From a virus: a stretch of DNA of 64,000 nucleotides. The DNA is taken from the IMG/VR virus record IMGVR_UViG_3300042882_000890, positions 42,605-106,604 of that record, one strand, 5' to 3'. The position numbers and the translations under genes were made by a program. The notes beneath the pieces are model-generated. The model saw nothing but the letters and a program-made list of their open reading frames with translations. It was not told the DNA's origin and searched no databases. Of this stretch, positions 43,601 through 54,300 are shown piece by piece; position 1 is the stretch's first letter, and every line of letters starts with the position of its first letter.

Positions 43601-46532
43601 GGCTGTCTTCTACATCAACTACCTCTTCGGCTGTTGTTTGTAAACCTGCTATCTTGGCATCATACTCGTCTCTTACTTTTTGCTTTTCTGCTTCTTTTGC
43701 GGCTTGTTTTTCCTCAGCTGTAGGCATAGGTATAGTATCCCCATCTTTTTGAGTTTCTCTGACTTCTTCAGGTGCCTTACCTTCTTCTCCTTTGTCTGTA
43801 ACATCTTGTACTGCTTTGTTACCCTCAACAGTAGCTTCAACAACTTGGTTTTTAGCTTGTACCATTCTAGGTAGCAAAGATTCAATCATTTCGATTGTAG
43901 CCTCATTAGGAGATTTGTCTCTTTTGATTTCAGATATAAAATTTCTTTTACCTCTAAGTCCTAATTTAGGGTCTGTGATTTGTCTTGCTAAATCTGCGTA
44001 TCTTTGGAAAGAGCTCAGTGATTTAGTATACTCCTCTACTAATTTTTGTAGCTCTAAGGCATCTTGTGGGCTTACTCTTTCATAAGAAGATACTAAGTCT
44101 TTTATAGCTTTAGATTGCTCTTGTAAAACTTCTAGTTTAGCAGCTGTAATAATTACGTTTGAACCGTCTTTACTAAAAGGGTTGCTTAGCTTAGCTGTGC
44201 TAAACAATATGTCTGTTTCTTTAGCTAGATTAGTTCTTTCTTGTTCTAGCTGTGCTTTTTTGGAAGTTATTGCATCCATCTTTCCTAGCAAGCTTTTCTT
44301 CTGTTCTTCAGAAGTAGAGTTGTAGAAAGTGGTTTCTAATTTTTTATATTGTTCGTCTAAAGACATCATCTCAGACTTTAATTTCGTTATCTGAGAAACT
44401 TTCTTTTCAACTTGTCTTTTTGTATCTTTACCGGCTTTTGATAATACATGCTCAATATCTAGGGTGTCAGATATATCTTGACCTAGTATTGTGGTACCAA
44501 CTTTATTTTTTATAGCTTGTAGAATATTGCTAGAAAAAGTATCCATTTCGGCACCCATGGTCAATTCGTAAGCTAAAGCTTCTCTAAGAGCTGTTACATC
44601 GTGCTCTTTAAGTTCTGCCTTTTCCTCTTTTGATAGTTTTGAGTTTATAAAATAATTAGCAAAATCGCTATTCTTTTTATAGTTATTTGCTGTAGTTTTA
44701 TACTCCTCTATCATACTTTGTTTCAACTCATCTGCACCTTTCTCATCTACACCGTACTCTTGCATTATAGTTTCATTATCCATATTTTTGATAGCTGTAA
44801 CAGTATCTGAAACAGCATCATCCATATACCCTAGATTATATGCAAAATTTAATTGGGCTAATGCAGCATCTTTTCTAGACACCTCTTGCCCTACAAAGTC
44901 TCCGGCTGCTTCTGCTTTTTGAGAGTTTGCTTGTGCTTGTTGTACCCTATTACCATAAGCCATAGTTTCGGCAACTCTGGTACCTGAATATGTATTTCGA
45001 GTGTCTACAATAAGTTTATTTTCAGCTACTGCTCTGCTATATTCCGGGTTCCATTTACCAGTGGCAATCTTATTACCGGCAGTTCCTCCTATTAAACCAA
45101 TGAGCATACCCATTTGTATTTCTTTCCATCCCTCAGCTGTACCATAGGTTTTAGCCAAGCCCTCAGAAAAGGCATCAATTAGCCCTAAACCATTTTTAGT
45201 ATACTGTGGGTCATACTTTGCTTCTACCCAATTTTTACCGGTGTTCTGAACTACAGATTGCATACCTTCTTCCCAAATACCCTCTGTAAACATAGGTTTA
45301 GCAAATGAGTAACTTTTTCCTATAGCTTTTTGGAGTTTGTTTGCAGAAGTCTCTACAAACTCTTCTCCTACTTTTTTATAACCTACACCAAAAAGTTTTG
45401 AGTCCATCCATTTTCCAGGTGCCGATAATGGGTTTTTTATATCAAACCACTTGCCCATAATAGCTAAGTTAGATGAGCCAACGATAGCCATATTAGTTGC
45501 AAAAACACCATCAGAAGCTGTTTTTAGATTCCTTCTAAACTCCATTTCCTCTTCTCTTGTTGGCATTCTACCATTCAATCTTTCAAAATCTGTGTAGTAA
45601 CCTTCTTCCATCTCTTTTTTGAAGGCGTTTGCTTCAAATGCGGACTCAAATCCTGCACTAGTAGCTGTAAATCTTGCTGTGTTTAATAGCTCTCCTGCTC
45701 TTCCTAAATTTGTAGCAAGCTTTGTTTCTAATTGCCCTGTAGCAAAAACTTTAGCTGCTGGATTAGATAGTGTTCTAGCTTTATTCAGTGTGTTTAAGAA
45801 TCTTTCTGATTGAGCTAATTTTGCTCCCCATCTTGCGGCAGCGGTTGACATAGCTGCTCCACCTGTAGCCCACTCCAAAGCAACCTCTGAAAGAATAGCT
45901 CCTCCAAAAAACGCCATACCATTTGCGAAATCGTCTGCCCAAGTTGTGGCATTAGTAAGGTAATCTATACCGGTAGCTTCTCTATCAGCTTTTGATTTAT
46001 ATGTTGGTAGCTTGTTATCCATATACGTATTAACATCATTCACGTAATCCATGAACTTGTTATCATATAAGGATTGCATACTGCCTGTCTGAGCAGAGTC
46101 AAATAACCCATAAGCTATACCACCAAGTTGACCACCAGTGTTAGTTAGCAACTTACCCCAAAATTTAGGTAAAGCGTTACCCCAAAGTTCCCCAGATGTT
46201 TGTTTACTAGCAGCATAGTCCTCTTGGTCTGTAGCTGTTATAGAGTATGGTTTTTCGTATCTAGCAACAAATTCTCCATCAGAATATTCTTTGAATAAGT
46301 CTTCAAATTTAACATCAGAATACCCCTCCATTTTAACTTTGTTGGTATCTGCCATAACAAAGTCCATAACAGACTTTTGCTTAGGTATTTTCCCTGCCAT
46401 TTGTAAATTACTTATGATACCATCAATTGGGGCTACTACTGATAAAGCTTTTTCTAAGTTTTTATCTCTTAAATCAGTGGCTATAAACCCTAATTCTTGG
46501 TCTTTTATGTTTAAGATGTTATCTTCTTGCAT
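40635..46532 (-). CDS. giant virion cargo/ejection protein with membrane-inserting N-terminal region (1965 aa)
   Basis: Gly/Ala-rich hydrophobic helices (AFFGGAILSEV..ATGGAA, EG..EEGMQ, GMLIGLIGG), coiled coils and a single Cys as the penultimate residue. Confidence 0.7.
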   Translation of the reverse strand: MQEDNILNIKDQELGFIATDLRDKNLEKALSVVAPIDGIISNLQMAGKIPKQKSVMDFVMADTNKVKMEGYSDVKFEDLFKEYSDGEFVARYEKPYSITATDQEDYAASKQTSGELWGNALPKFWGKLLTNTGGQLGGIAYGLFDSAQTGSMQSLYDNKFMDYVNDVNTYMDNKLPTYKSKADREATGIDYLTNATTWADDFANGMAFFGGAILSEVALEWATGGAAMSTAAARWGAKLAQSERFLNTLNKARTLSNPAAKVFATGQLETKLATNLGRAGELLNTARFTATSAGFESAFEANAFKKEMEEGYYTDFERLNGRMPTREEEMEFRRNLKTASDGVFATNMAIVGSSNLAIMGKWFDIKNPLSAPGKWMDSKLFGVGYKKVGEEFVETSANKLQKAIGKSYSFAKPMFTEGIWEEGMQSVVQNTGKNWVEAKYDPQYTKNGLGLIDAFSEGLAKTYGTAEGWKEIQMGMLIGLIGGTAGNKIATGKWNPEYSRAVAENKLIVDTRNTYSGTRVAETMAYGNRVQQAQANSQKAEAAGDFVGQEVSRKDAALAQLNFAYNLGYMDDAVSDTVTAIKNMDNETIMQEYGVDEKGADELKQSMIEEYKTTANNYKKNSDFANYFINSKLSKEEKAELKEHDVTALREALAYELTMGAEMDTFSSNILQAIKNKVGTTILGQDISDTLDIEHVLSKAGKDTKRQVEKKVSQITKLKSEMMSLDEQYKKLETTFYNSTSEEQKKSLLGKMDAITSKKAQLEQERTNLAKETDILFSTAKLSNPFSKDGSNVIITAAKLEVLQEQSKAIKDLVSSYERVSPQDALELQKLVEEYTKSLSSFQRYADLARQITDPKLGLRGKRNFISEIKRDKSPNEATIEMIESLLPRMVQAKNQVVEATVEGNKAVQDVTDKGEEGKAPEEVRETQKDGDTIPMPTAEEKQAAKEAEKQKVRDEYDAKIAGLQTTAEEVVDVEDSPKQIAKLREQEQKELLAAIPEAKNALTDGKVDKNKLTNPEDIAKFEEIYDRYDKLITPLLKGQEGVNIISTPVADIVAELNKLNTLEEKLNWLKDNNLLSSININGKDYNVVDYSDRVMVMMKIGKYNIPFYISTGQAGKKSVKAGNWYAVFGIGVEAGWINKGSEEQINNSYGFQLFEKLSKILNEGIGGIESREDNGNGKLKDGIGFLSDSKEDLESFNNTMNLPTKPAGKNTDSNEFYAHVNSTLALLNEELSKIGNTQQKADNSKEIKKLEKEKQAKLDAIDKKYQDKTQEPVQEKKSLIDSIVEMVKNSPYLLENFGENILDLVPTEAEIEEFYDLAAKAIDDPRIDTELVAFKNPYDSKRFSPTTRPSLTKAEITRLQELNQKMANWQLIEGYQNENGVSLQQMITQAVAVRQTVEPIIREKLTDSDLINLSDNEPLEVDGASGIRNEQYIQVYENVFVKKKGNSVQISHLTLPGLLERMGITGDIGYVQTKWEKGKNVEVKGSAKVITPEEVEENSLPGANFIVTLADGSKVNLTVERSGAISLKSEDFPKVMAEANMKHVEGTLNRNGGYSPVYDLETGEKLKTDYRNASEYSPREIYNMEPGESAEVTFSLDMNDEYNLKLIQKYEEGLDEGRNVEELEKELFENIKVNVLDTDGRKLGDLKAAYDIAGIPGYLDLRREAFEIFKSRMESGIMGVASLSKTSYIKHIFLGSPNFTFENGAIKMFDIIPEQVIDYGYIEDGKLVLKNNTKGVREDFIKGLLGRTNQPVVVVKQGKYLIAFPVALKESEANLSDQVTDIFTDSKNRAEAAIKLNQLLADNGFSPAAYNLFYMDESNQNILDSEGFPTKDLLKAIDDLASVTNVSSVKDWMLPEHTTTDLANEASIGLDMANNMFSSPKPIIELDELKEGVKDWYTEAEREGDVSEEKALEIATKIFLRKKISLQEAQFVQSDRVTEALDRLYELNNQSQKDVDSEKNKPCE

Positions 46533-46533
46533 T

Positions 46534-49383
46534 TTACATTGTTTGTTTATACAAAGCCTTTTTTCTCATTTCTGAAATCTGGTCTCCTATGTATTTATTA
46601 ATTAAAACTGCTGTTATCTTATTAAAATTAGAAGTATTATAATCTACAGCTAAGGGTTCTTTTTGAGCCACTTTCTTACCATCTTTTACAATATATGGTA
46701 TAAAACCTCCTCCACCTCTAGGTTTTTCAAACTCCACTGAGTAATTAGAATTTAAAACGTCATTATAAAACAGTTTTGCATCTTCTGCCGGTAAATACCT
46801 AGAGGCTTCATTTATAAATTCTTCTCTAGTTTTAAATTCTGAAAAATTAGAGCTTTGGTAAAAACTTGCTTCCTCTTGAGAAAGATTGTTATTTTCTAAA
46901 AACTTTTTTGTAAACTCATATCTAGAATCCAAATCATTAAATGGCTTGTAGCTAAAAGTTGTTTTCATTGGTGTGGGATTTCTAGAAGAAAAATCCCAAT
47001 TTGTTTCTTGTCCTAAGCTTTTTATTAAAGGTGCTGGTAGATTGCTAACAGGTATCTGTTTTTCAGTAAGTACTTGCTCTTTTGTTTGACCGCCTTTTTC
47101 TTTAGGTATAAGTACTAACTCTGTGTAAGAAACTGTTGCTACTCCATCTTTTATCCCTTTAATGGTAATAAAGTTGTTATCTTTATCCGGAGAGCCGCCT
47201 GCTGCAACAATAGCTGCTTCTATTTGACCTATATAAGCTTTATCTACTTTACTTTCTTTATTTAAAACTATAGAAGTTTCGTAAGGAGCGTTAGCTAGAT
47301 TAGGTTTTAGTATTTTATCAAATCTATCTTTTACAGAATCTTTAGATGCTGTCACTCTATCCCATACACCTTCTGATTTACCTAGTTTTATATCATCAGC
47401 TTGTACTTGTCTAAGGTCTGAATCAGTCGCTAACATTTTGTCTATTGCAAAACCACCTTGTCTATTACCTTTTAATATTTGTTCCCAATTATCTTTTATA
47501 CCTTTCTTAACTCCTGCCTCACCCTCTCTTTGGGCTTTATCTCTCCAATCAAACAAAGTTGTACCTATAACTCTGCCTGCTGTACCAATTGTCAGTCCAA
47601 ACGCCCCAGACAAAGTATTTCCAACTCCGTCCCAAAAACCTTCTTCTACAGGCTTGTATTTAATTAAGTCTTTTTCGGATATTTTATTTTTTTGTCTGAA
47701 GTTTCCGATAAAAAAGTCCATTCTTTCTTTGTCTTCATCTTCATCAAGTACATATTCTCTTATGTTTTTGGCTATCTCATATTGTGCTAATATTTTATCT
47801 CTAGCTGGAACCTGTGAAGCATCTTTATATTTTTTTAATAACTCCGCAGTTTTTGGTGCAGTTATAGATAAACCTTCTACGTTTAGGTCTTTATTTTTAC
47901 CACCAAAAAGACCGGTAAATATCTCGTTTACATCTTTACCATAGTACTCTTCTGCTTGTTTAGATAAATGGTAAGATTGCTTATTATACTGCTCTACTTT
48001 TTTGTAATTGTCAATAACATCTGATGGGTAAGCTTGTGCATTGACATCAAAACCGGTTTTAGATGCTTCTCTTAGACCCACATAAAAATTTTCAATATCT
48101 TTTGCAGATGTGCCTTTTCCTTCTTTTGCTAGTTGTTGTTTTATGGTGCCTTGTAATGTATTCCAAGCTTGTTGTCTACCATCTTTATACCTTTTTAGAA
48201 CTGAACCTTTTTTCTCTTCTCCCTCTTGGTATGCTTTAGCCTCTTCTGGAGTTAAGTCTCTTTTAAAAGCGGTGCCTGCTGGTAAACCTGGTGTACCTAA
48301 ACCTCCTGCACCTGAAGTACCAGTTCCATCTTTTTTATTAGCTGCATCTAAAAACATATCATTAAAATCGATATCTGTAATTGCTGCGTAGCTATAAGTC
48401 TTCTTGTAGGATTCGGTTAGGTTGTTTACATAGTTGTTAAATAAAAAACTATCTCTATTATAACCTTGACCATTAGCTTGAGCTTCTGTAAACTCTTTTT
48501 TCTTAGTAATAGTGGCTTTTTTCTGATTTAGTATTTGAAGTCTTTCTGCATTATCTGGGTTGGTATTTTTTATTTGGTAGTCTATTTCAGTCATCTGCAT
48601 GTTCATATTATCAAGTACAGGTTTAACTACTTCTTTATAATTACTTAATAAAGCTTCATCAGAAACCCCCCTATACTTGTAATGTGAATCTATCATTAAC
48701 TGCTGTTTAAGATTAGAATCTGTTAGTATTCTGTTTTCTACAAAGTTTGCTATTTGTTCTTCAGATAGAGTTTTTCCTTTTACTGTTTTATAAATATAGC
48801 CCCCTTCAACACTAGAGTCTACTACCTTTTCAAAACCCATTTCTTTAGCCCATTTATCTAATGGTTCGTTTAAGTTTTTTGGGACATCGTAATAAGGTTT
48901 ATATTGTAAATTTCCTAAATCATCGGTCTCACCATTCATGTAAGCAGCATACCCTGATTTATCCATAGCATACGCATAGTTTGCATCGTTATACAACTCA
49001 GGTTTTTCTTTTTTAATCCTTGCGGCTTCTTGTTGAAAGCTTTGTATTTTTTGAGAGTTACCTATTTGCGTTTTTACATTATCATCAATAGCAGTACTTA
49101 TGTAATTAGATATTTGTCTAGTTACATTATTATTGGTCATATCAACTTTAGAATTAGCATCAACCATTGACAGTAATCCGTTTAGCCTATCCCCAAGATA
49201 CTTTTTATCTTGGTCTCTAACTAAAGGTACGCTTGTAATTTTTTGTATAAGGTCATCAACCTTGGCTACATTTACATCAAACCTTTGTTGTAAGGCTGTT
49301 TGTACTTGCCCCGTAAGTTGAGCTATATCCATTGTGGATATCGTAGGACTGTATGTTAATGGGGCTGTATATGCGTTTGCCAT
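46534..49383 (-). CDS. virion cargo protein (949 aa)
   Basis: Helical N-terminus, no Cys seen, located in the cargo cluster. Confidence 0.6.
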   Translation of the reverse strand: MANAYTAPLTYSPTISTMDIAQLTGQVQTALQQRFDVNVAKVDDLIQKITSVPLVRDQDKKYLGDRLNGLLSMVDANSKVDMTNNNVTRQISNYISTAIDDNVKTQIGNSQKIQSFQQEAARIKKEKPELYNDANYAYAMDKSGYAAYMNGETDDLGNLQYKPYYDVPKNLNEPLDKWAKEMGFEKVVDSSVEGGYIYKTVKGKTLSEEQIANFVENRILTDSNLKQQLMIDSHYKYRGVSDEALLSNYKEVVKPVLDNMNMQMTEIDYQIKNTNPDNAERLQILNQKKATITKKKEFTEAQANGQGYNRDSFLFNNYVNNLTESYKKTYSYAAITDIDFNDMFLDAANKKDGTGTSGAGGLGTPGLPAGTAFKRDLTPEEAKAYQEGEEKKGSVLKRYKDGRQQAWNTLQGTIKQQLAKEGKGTSAKDIENFYVGLREASKTGFDVNAQAYPSDVIDNYKKVEQYNKQSYHLSKQAEEYYGKDVNEIFTGLFGGKNKDLNVEGLSITAPKTAELLKKYKDASQVPARDKILAQYEIAKNIREYVLDEDEDKERMDFFIGNFRQKNKISEKDLIKYKPVEEGFWDGVGNTLSGAFGLTIGTAGRVIGTTLFDWRDKAQREGEAGVKKGIKDNWEQILKGNRQGGFAIDKMLATDSDLRQVQADDIKLGKSEGVWDRVTASKDSVKDRFDKILKPNLANAPYETSIVLNKESKVDKAYIGQIEAAIVAAGGSPDKDNNFITIKGIKDGVATVSYTELVLIPKEKGGQTKEQVLTEKQIPVSNLPAPLIKSLGQETNWDFSSRNPTPMKTTFSYKPFNDLDSRYEFTKKFLENNNLSQEEASFYQSSNFSEFKTREEFINEASRYLPAEDAKLFYNDVLNSNYSVEFEKPRGGGGFIPYIVKDGKKVAQKEPLAVDYNTSNFNKITAVLINKYIGDQISEMRKKALYKQTM

Positions 49384-49401
49384 ATTGTATTAAAATTTAT
49401 G

Positions 49402-49433
49402 CAAAATTACGAATTATAATTGTTTTTTACAAA
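49402..49433 (-). promoter_or_regulatory. Bacteroidota primary-sigma promoter
   Basis: Minus strand TTTG-N20-TAATTTTG. Confidence 0.75.
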
Positions 49434-49442
49434 TTAATTAAA

Positions 49443-51374
49443 TTATTTTTTAAACCTACCTCCAAATTTTGCTGTGGCTGTCTTAGTTTTTTTACTGGTC
49501 TTGGTTTTTTTATCTTCCTTATTAAGGTTTTCTATATAGGGTACATTCCCAGTACCATAACCTATATCTCTATTTACTTCGTACCCCTCACCCGTAAACT
49601 GTACATCTGGATTTAAGGCATTATATCTATTCAAAGCTTCTATGTACTTGTAATTGTTAATCTGGTTTGATGCAAGCTTGTCATAGTATCCTTGAATCTC
49701 CTTGTCGTAATTGCCTAAAGCAGTTTGAGTTCTTTGTTCATAGCTTAAAGCATCACCTGCTGAAGCATTTTCTTCTGCATCTGAGACTTTTGCATTATAA
49801 GTATCAACAGCGTTTCTAGCGGCAGCATTTGCTCTGTTTACATCTGCTATTGCTTTATTAGACATCATATTTTCATTAGCTGTAAGTCCTATTTCAGCTG
49901 CTGCTCTTTGCTGTGGTGTTAGTTCTTGTAGTGACTGTCTAGAAGCTGCTGCTGAACGGTTCATTTCTGTTAGCTGTTGTTCTGGAGATATGTCGTTATA
50001 ACCAATTCTACTAAACCTTCTTTGTACTTTTAGGCTAGGTAGCAAGTTAGGCAACATAGGTGATTGGTCTGGTAATAGCAAAAGACCTCTTCTATTTTTT
50101 TTACCGGGGGCAGCTGCTACATTAGATTGTTCTGGAGTTTCTTCCTCTGGTAAAGTTTGGTTTGTAACATTTGGTGCTTTATATAATGGGGCAACTGGCA
50201 TAGGTGCTTTGTATTCTGGTTTTTTTGGAACACCAGCCGCTAAAGTAGGAAATCTCCAATCCCATTTATCGTCATTAAAGCCCTCTAATAAGAAATTGTT
50301 ATAGTCTTCCTTTTTTATCGCTCCATCTGGTTCTCCTGTTTGTCCTAATGGATAAGACTGTTTAAGCTTATCTTTTTCCTCTTTTGTGTAAGAAGCTGAA
50401 TCTTTATCTGGAGAGATACCAGTGTTTTCAAATACCCATGGGGCATTCTTTTTTAGCATATCTACGTGCTTTGCTGTAAGTGGTTGCCCAGAGTCTGTAA
50501 AGTATTTTATTACTTCTTCTGGTCTATTTTTAACCATCCATGCTTGTAACTTACCAGCTTCTTTTCCTAAATCTTTGGCGTTAGGGTTTACATCACCTTC
50601 ATACCCGGCTGCTTCTGCACTTTTAACAAAATCCTTAAATCTTTTTCTTCTATCTTCTTCGGTATATTCTGCTACTGCATCTTGATAGTGTGGTAAGCTT
50701 GATAAAAGTTCCTTAGCTCTTTTTGGGTCTATGCCATATCTAGAAGCTGTTTCTAAATAGCTACCGCCCATTTGCATCTTACTTCCTGATTGTTCTTTCT
50801 TAGACATCTCTTGTTCCTCAAAAAGCATCTCAAAAAACCCAGCCATCTCTTTTTCTAATGGTTGTTTTTGTTTGTTTTTAGAGTTCAAAGTGTTATTTAA
50901 AAATTGATTGTTTATAGCAAAAGTCGTTTTATCTTTTGATTTTTCTAAATCCATTTTTAAGATAAGATTCTCTATCTCTTTGTTTAGTTTAGGTAAGTCT
51001 GAAGCATTGTTAAACCTATCCAGAGCTTTTGCATAAGTGTCTGTAGCTCTAAACGGTAGTTTTAAGCTTTTAGTTAACTGCTTGGCTAAATCGGCACCAA
51101 TTTTTAAGTGGTCACTAAGTATTCTTGCACCCTCTTCTAGCTTGACTGGTGTACCACCTTTTTCGTGAGTATTCCCACCAAACTTTCTAATACCGTTTGA
51201 GTCAAAAACATACTCGTTTTTTTCCACTTCAGCGTTAGCTAAATACAATCTGTCTTTAGTCAAAGGAGCCTGGTAATTACCGGCAAGCTCCTTTGCTAAT
51301 TCTTTTTTTGTTCCCCCTTCTGAAAAGAAGATATTTTCAAATACTTCTCTAGGTATTTCTATTTTATTATTCAT
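49443..51374 (-). CDS. crAss-like cargo protein (643 aa)
   Basis: NAEVEKNE...G.THEKGG...ILSDHL domain, Ala/Asn-rich coiled coil and C-terminal AKFGGRFKK. Confidence 0.6.
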   Translation of the reverse strand: MNNKIEIPREVFENIFFSEGGTKKELAKELAGNYQAPLTKDRLYLANAEVEKNEYVFDSNGIRKFGGNTHEKGGTPVKLEEGARILSDHLKIGADLAKQLTKSLKLPFRATDTYAKALDRFNNASDLPKLNKEIENLILKMDLEKSKDKTTFAINNQFLNNTLNSKNKQKQPLEKEMAGFFEMLFEEQEMSKKEQSGSKMQMGGSYLETASRYGIDPKRAKELLSSLPHYQDAVAEYTEEDRRKRFKDFVKSAEAAGYEGDVNPNAKDLGKEAGKLQAWMVKNRPEEVIKYFTDSGQPLTAKHVDMLKKNAPWVFENTGISPDKDSASYTKEEKDKLKQSYPLGQTGEPDGAIKKEDYNNFLLEGFNDDKWDWRFPTLAAGVPKKPEYKAPMPVAPLYKAPNVTNQTLPEEETPEQSNVAAAPGKKNRRGLLLLPDQSPMLPNLLPSLKVQRRFSRIGYNDISPEQQLTEMNRSAAASRQSLQELTPQQRAAAEIGLTANENMMSNKAIADVNRANAAARNAVDTYNAKVSDAEENASAGDALSYEQRTQTALGNYDKEIQGYYDKLASNQINNYKYIEALNRYNALNPDVQFTGEGYEVNRDIGYGTGNVPYIENLNKEDKKTKTSKKTKTATAKFGGRFKK

Positions 51375-54300
51375 AGCTTACTATATATGAGTCTGTTTTT
51401 GGATTATATGTGTAGTTTTTAATAGTCTTACCTACTAAAGCTCTCATGTATTTGCCTCCTTTTGACATTTGTGGAGTACCTTCTTCTTCCTCTTCTTCAC
51501 CACCTTGCATTTCTTGAAGTATCTCTTGTATCATTTGCATAGCTTCTTCTTCAGGCATTCCCATTTGAACTAGCTGTTGTAATATTTGCTGAGGGTCTGC
51601 TCCTTGTTTTAAAGCTTGCTCTACTTGGTCTTCGATTTGTTCTGACATTGCAGATTCGTTTTCCATACCTTCGTTTTCTTCTTCCATATCATCTTCCATC
51701 ATTTCTCCACCTTCTTGCCAAGTGCCAAACTTTTTGTGCCAATATAAAGGGCTAAATGGGTCGTTTGCTTTAGCTGAATCTTTTCCTCCCATTCTGTTCC
51801 AGAAATTCTTTTTCCTGTCCTCTGAACCGTGTTGAGAAAAATCTTTCATTTTGCTATCTCCACCGTGAACTACTTTGTATTGGTCTCCTTTTTTGGCAAG
51901 AACCATCCATTTTTTACCTGGTCTTGTAGACTGTCTTTTTACTCCTACTTTTGTAAAACCATCATTTTTATATCTTTCAGGTATACCACCGCCATCTCTC
52001 ATTTGAGGAGTGTCTTGTGGTGCTTGCATTTGTTGCATTACCGCTTGAACCAGTTGTATTGCTTGGTCTTCTGGAATACCGGCTTCTACCAACATTTGTA
52101 GTACCTCTTCTGGCTGTGCTCCTTGTTGTAACATTTGTGCTACCTGTTGCATCATTTCTTGAGCTGGGTCTGCTTCAGGCTCCATACCTCCTTCTTGGTA
52201 CATATTAGACATAATTTTAGCCTGTACCTCTTTAGGTAGAGCTTTAAATCCTGGGTTATTTATACCACCTTCAGCGTACATATAGCCACCCATTTCTTTT
52301 TTATTGGCTTTTATTTTTCTTTCTTGTTCTAACATTTCTTTAGTTGGTTCTTTTCCGGAACCTGCATTATCTCTAATGTTATCCCAAAGACCTCTTCTTG
52401 AATACGAACCATCTTTACGCTTAATCATTTCTCCACCTCTTCTCATTTGTGGTGTTCCTTCCTCCATTTGTTGCCCTTGTTGTTGAACCTGCTCCATAAT
52501 AGCTTGAACCAGTTGTATTGCTTGGTCTTCAGTCATTCCAGATTCCATTAACATAGCCATAGCTTCTTGAGGTTGCATACCTTGTTGCATAGCTTGTGCT
52601 ACTTGTTGGGCTATTTGTTGTTCTCCACCATCTTGGTAGTATCCTCCGTCATAAAACATTGGTTCTACCCCTATGTAGTCTAAGCCTCTGTTTAAAGTAC
52701 CCCTGAAACCTGTAGAAGAAGGTTTTGTTTTTTTATACTCTTCTCTCCAGTTTGTTGGTAAGTATTTATCTGAACCTTCCAAAGATAACTCACGTTTAGT
52801 AGACATACCCTCTCCCGGCTTTCCGTAGCTAATAATGTTCAAAAACTCTTGTGGGGACATCTTATATTGTTTAGCTAAAGAGTTCACTTCAGATTTTGTT
52901 AATCCAGTGTTTCCTCCTGAATGTCTTACCATATCATTATCCTTAAAGCTTTTTTCATCATAAGTGTCGTAATCCCCACCATCTTGGTATTTTATAAATG
53001 GTGTGCTAGAAGGTATTTTTCCCCATACGTCTTCCAACTCTTTTTGTCTTTTTATCTTATTTTTATATTGTGCTAAATGGTATGCGTTTGCTTCTTCTGC
53101 TGTAGCATTCGCTCTTAGCCTAGGCATTCTTCTTCCGCTGTCATCAAGTGGTGGTAGAGTTATTGATGACGAGAAGTTTCTTTCTAGGAAGTTTAATGGT
53201 TTTCCGTCTAGTCCTACCATTACTCCTTTTGCATTTCTTAAATCACCCTCACTATCATTATACCACCCTTTATAAGGGTCTACATAGTTATTTTTTTTAG
53301 GTCTTGTAACTACAACTTCTTTTAGTTGACCCCCGTTATATGTCTTCTCACCCTTCGGTGATGATTTTCTTAGGTATTCTTTTTTAAATCTTGGGTCATT
53401 AAGCTCTGATAAAAGCTTCATATTATCCTTAGCAGTACCACTAGTATAACCTAGTCTTTTAGCTTCAGACCAAGGCATTCCGGTTTTAGCCACCCAAGTA
53501 TCTCTAGCTGAATTTTTGTCATAGCTTGGAGTTTCCTCTTCTTTTGTTGAAGAAGTAGCTTCAACTGCTGATTCAATAGCAGGGCTTGTTGCTAATTCAC
53601 GCTGAGTAAAATTTTGTTGCTTGCCCATCAAACTAGGCTTATTTATCATGTAATTAGGCTCTTCCTCGTATTCATACCCATATCCTTCTTCATCCTCCTC
53701 ATCTTCTCCACCATCTTTATAGTACATCATACCTCCTCTTTTTAATTGAGGTGTTGAGCCTTGTATTTCTTGCATTACAGCTTCAACCATTTGAACTGCT
53801 TGTTCTTCTGGTATTCCCATTTGAACTAGTTGTTGAATAACTTGTTGTGGGTCGGCTCCTTGTTGTAACATCTGTGCTACTTCTCCCATTATTTGCTGCT
53901 CTTGCCCTTGTTGCTCCATACCTTCTTCCATTCCTGGTTGCATTCCTCCTTCTTGGTAGTAACCTCCAAATCTACCTAGTGGTTTTTCTCTGCCTTCTCC
54001 TGTCATACCCTCTCTTTGTTTTTCGTAAGATTGTTGAGTCATATAGTTCTTTCTTCTTTCTTGACCCATACCTCCTAAAAAGTTTCTGGCTAAGCCTGTA
54101 GCTAACTTTAATCCGGAGCCTACTATACCTAGGGTATCCCCACTTTCTATAGACGAGCCTAAAGTACTTGCTGCTGTTGGTATATCAAAACCAGAGTAAG
54201 GATTAAAAAATTGGAATGGCTGTTCTCCTTTTACGTCTAGTGGAGCTACATCTGATTTTTCTTTTTCCTTAGCTCCTTCTTCTCCAAATATATTTTTGTC

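Noticed and set aside
26992-46532. crAss-type virion RNA polymerase
   Set aside because: No DFDID/DxDGD catalytic motif was seen in any of the three giant proteins. A structural search is needed to exclude it fully.
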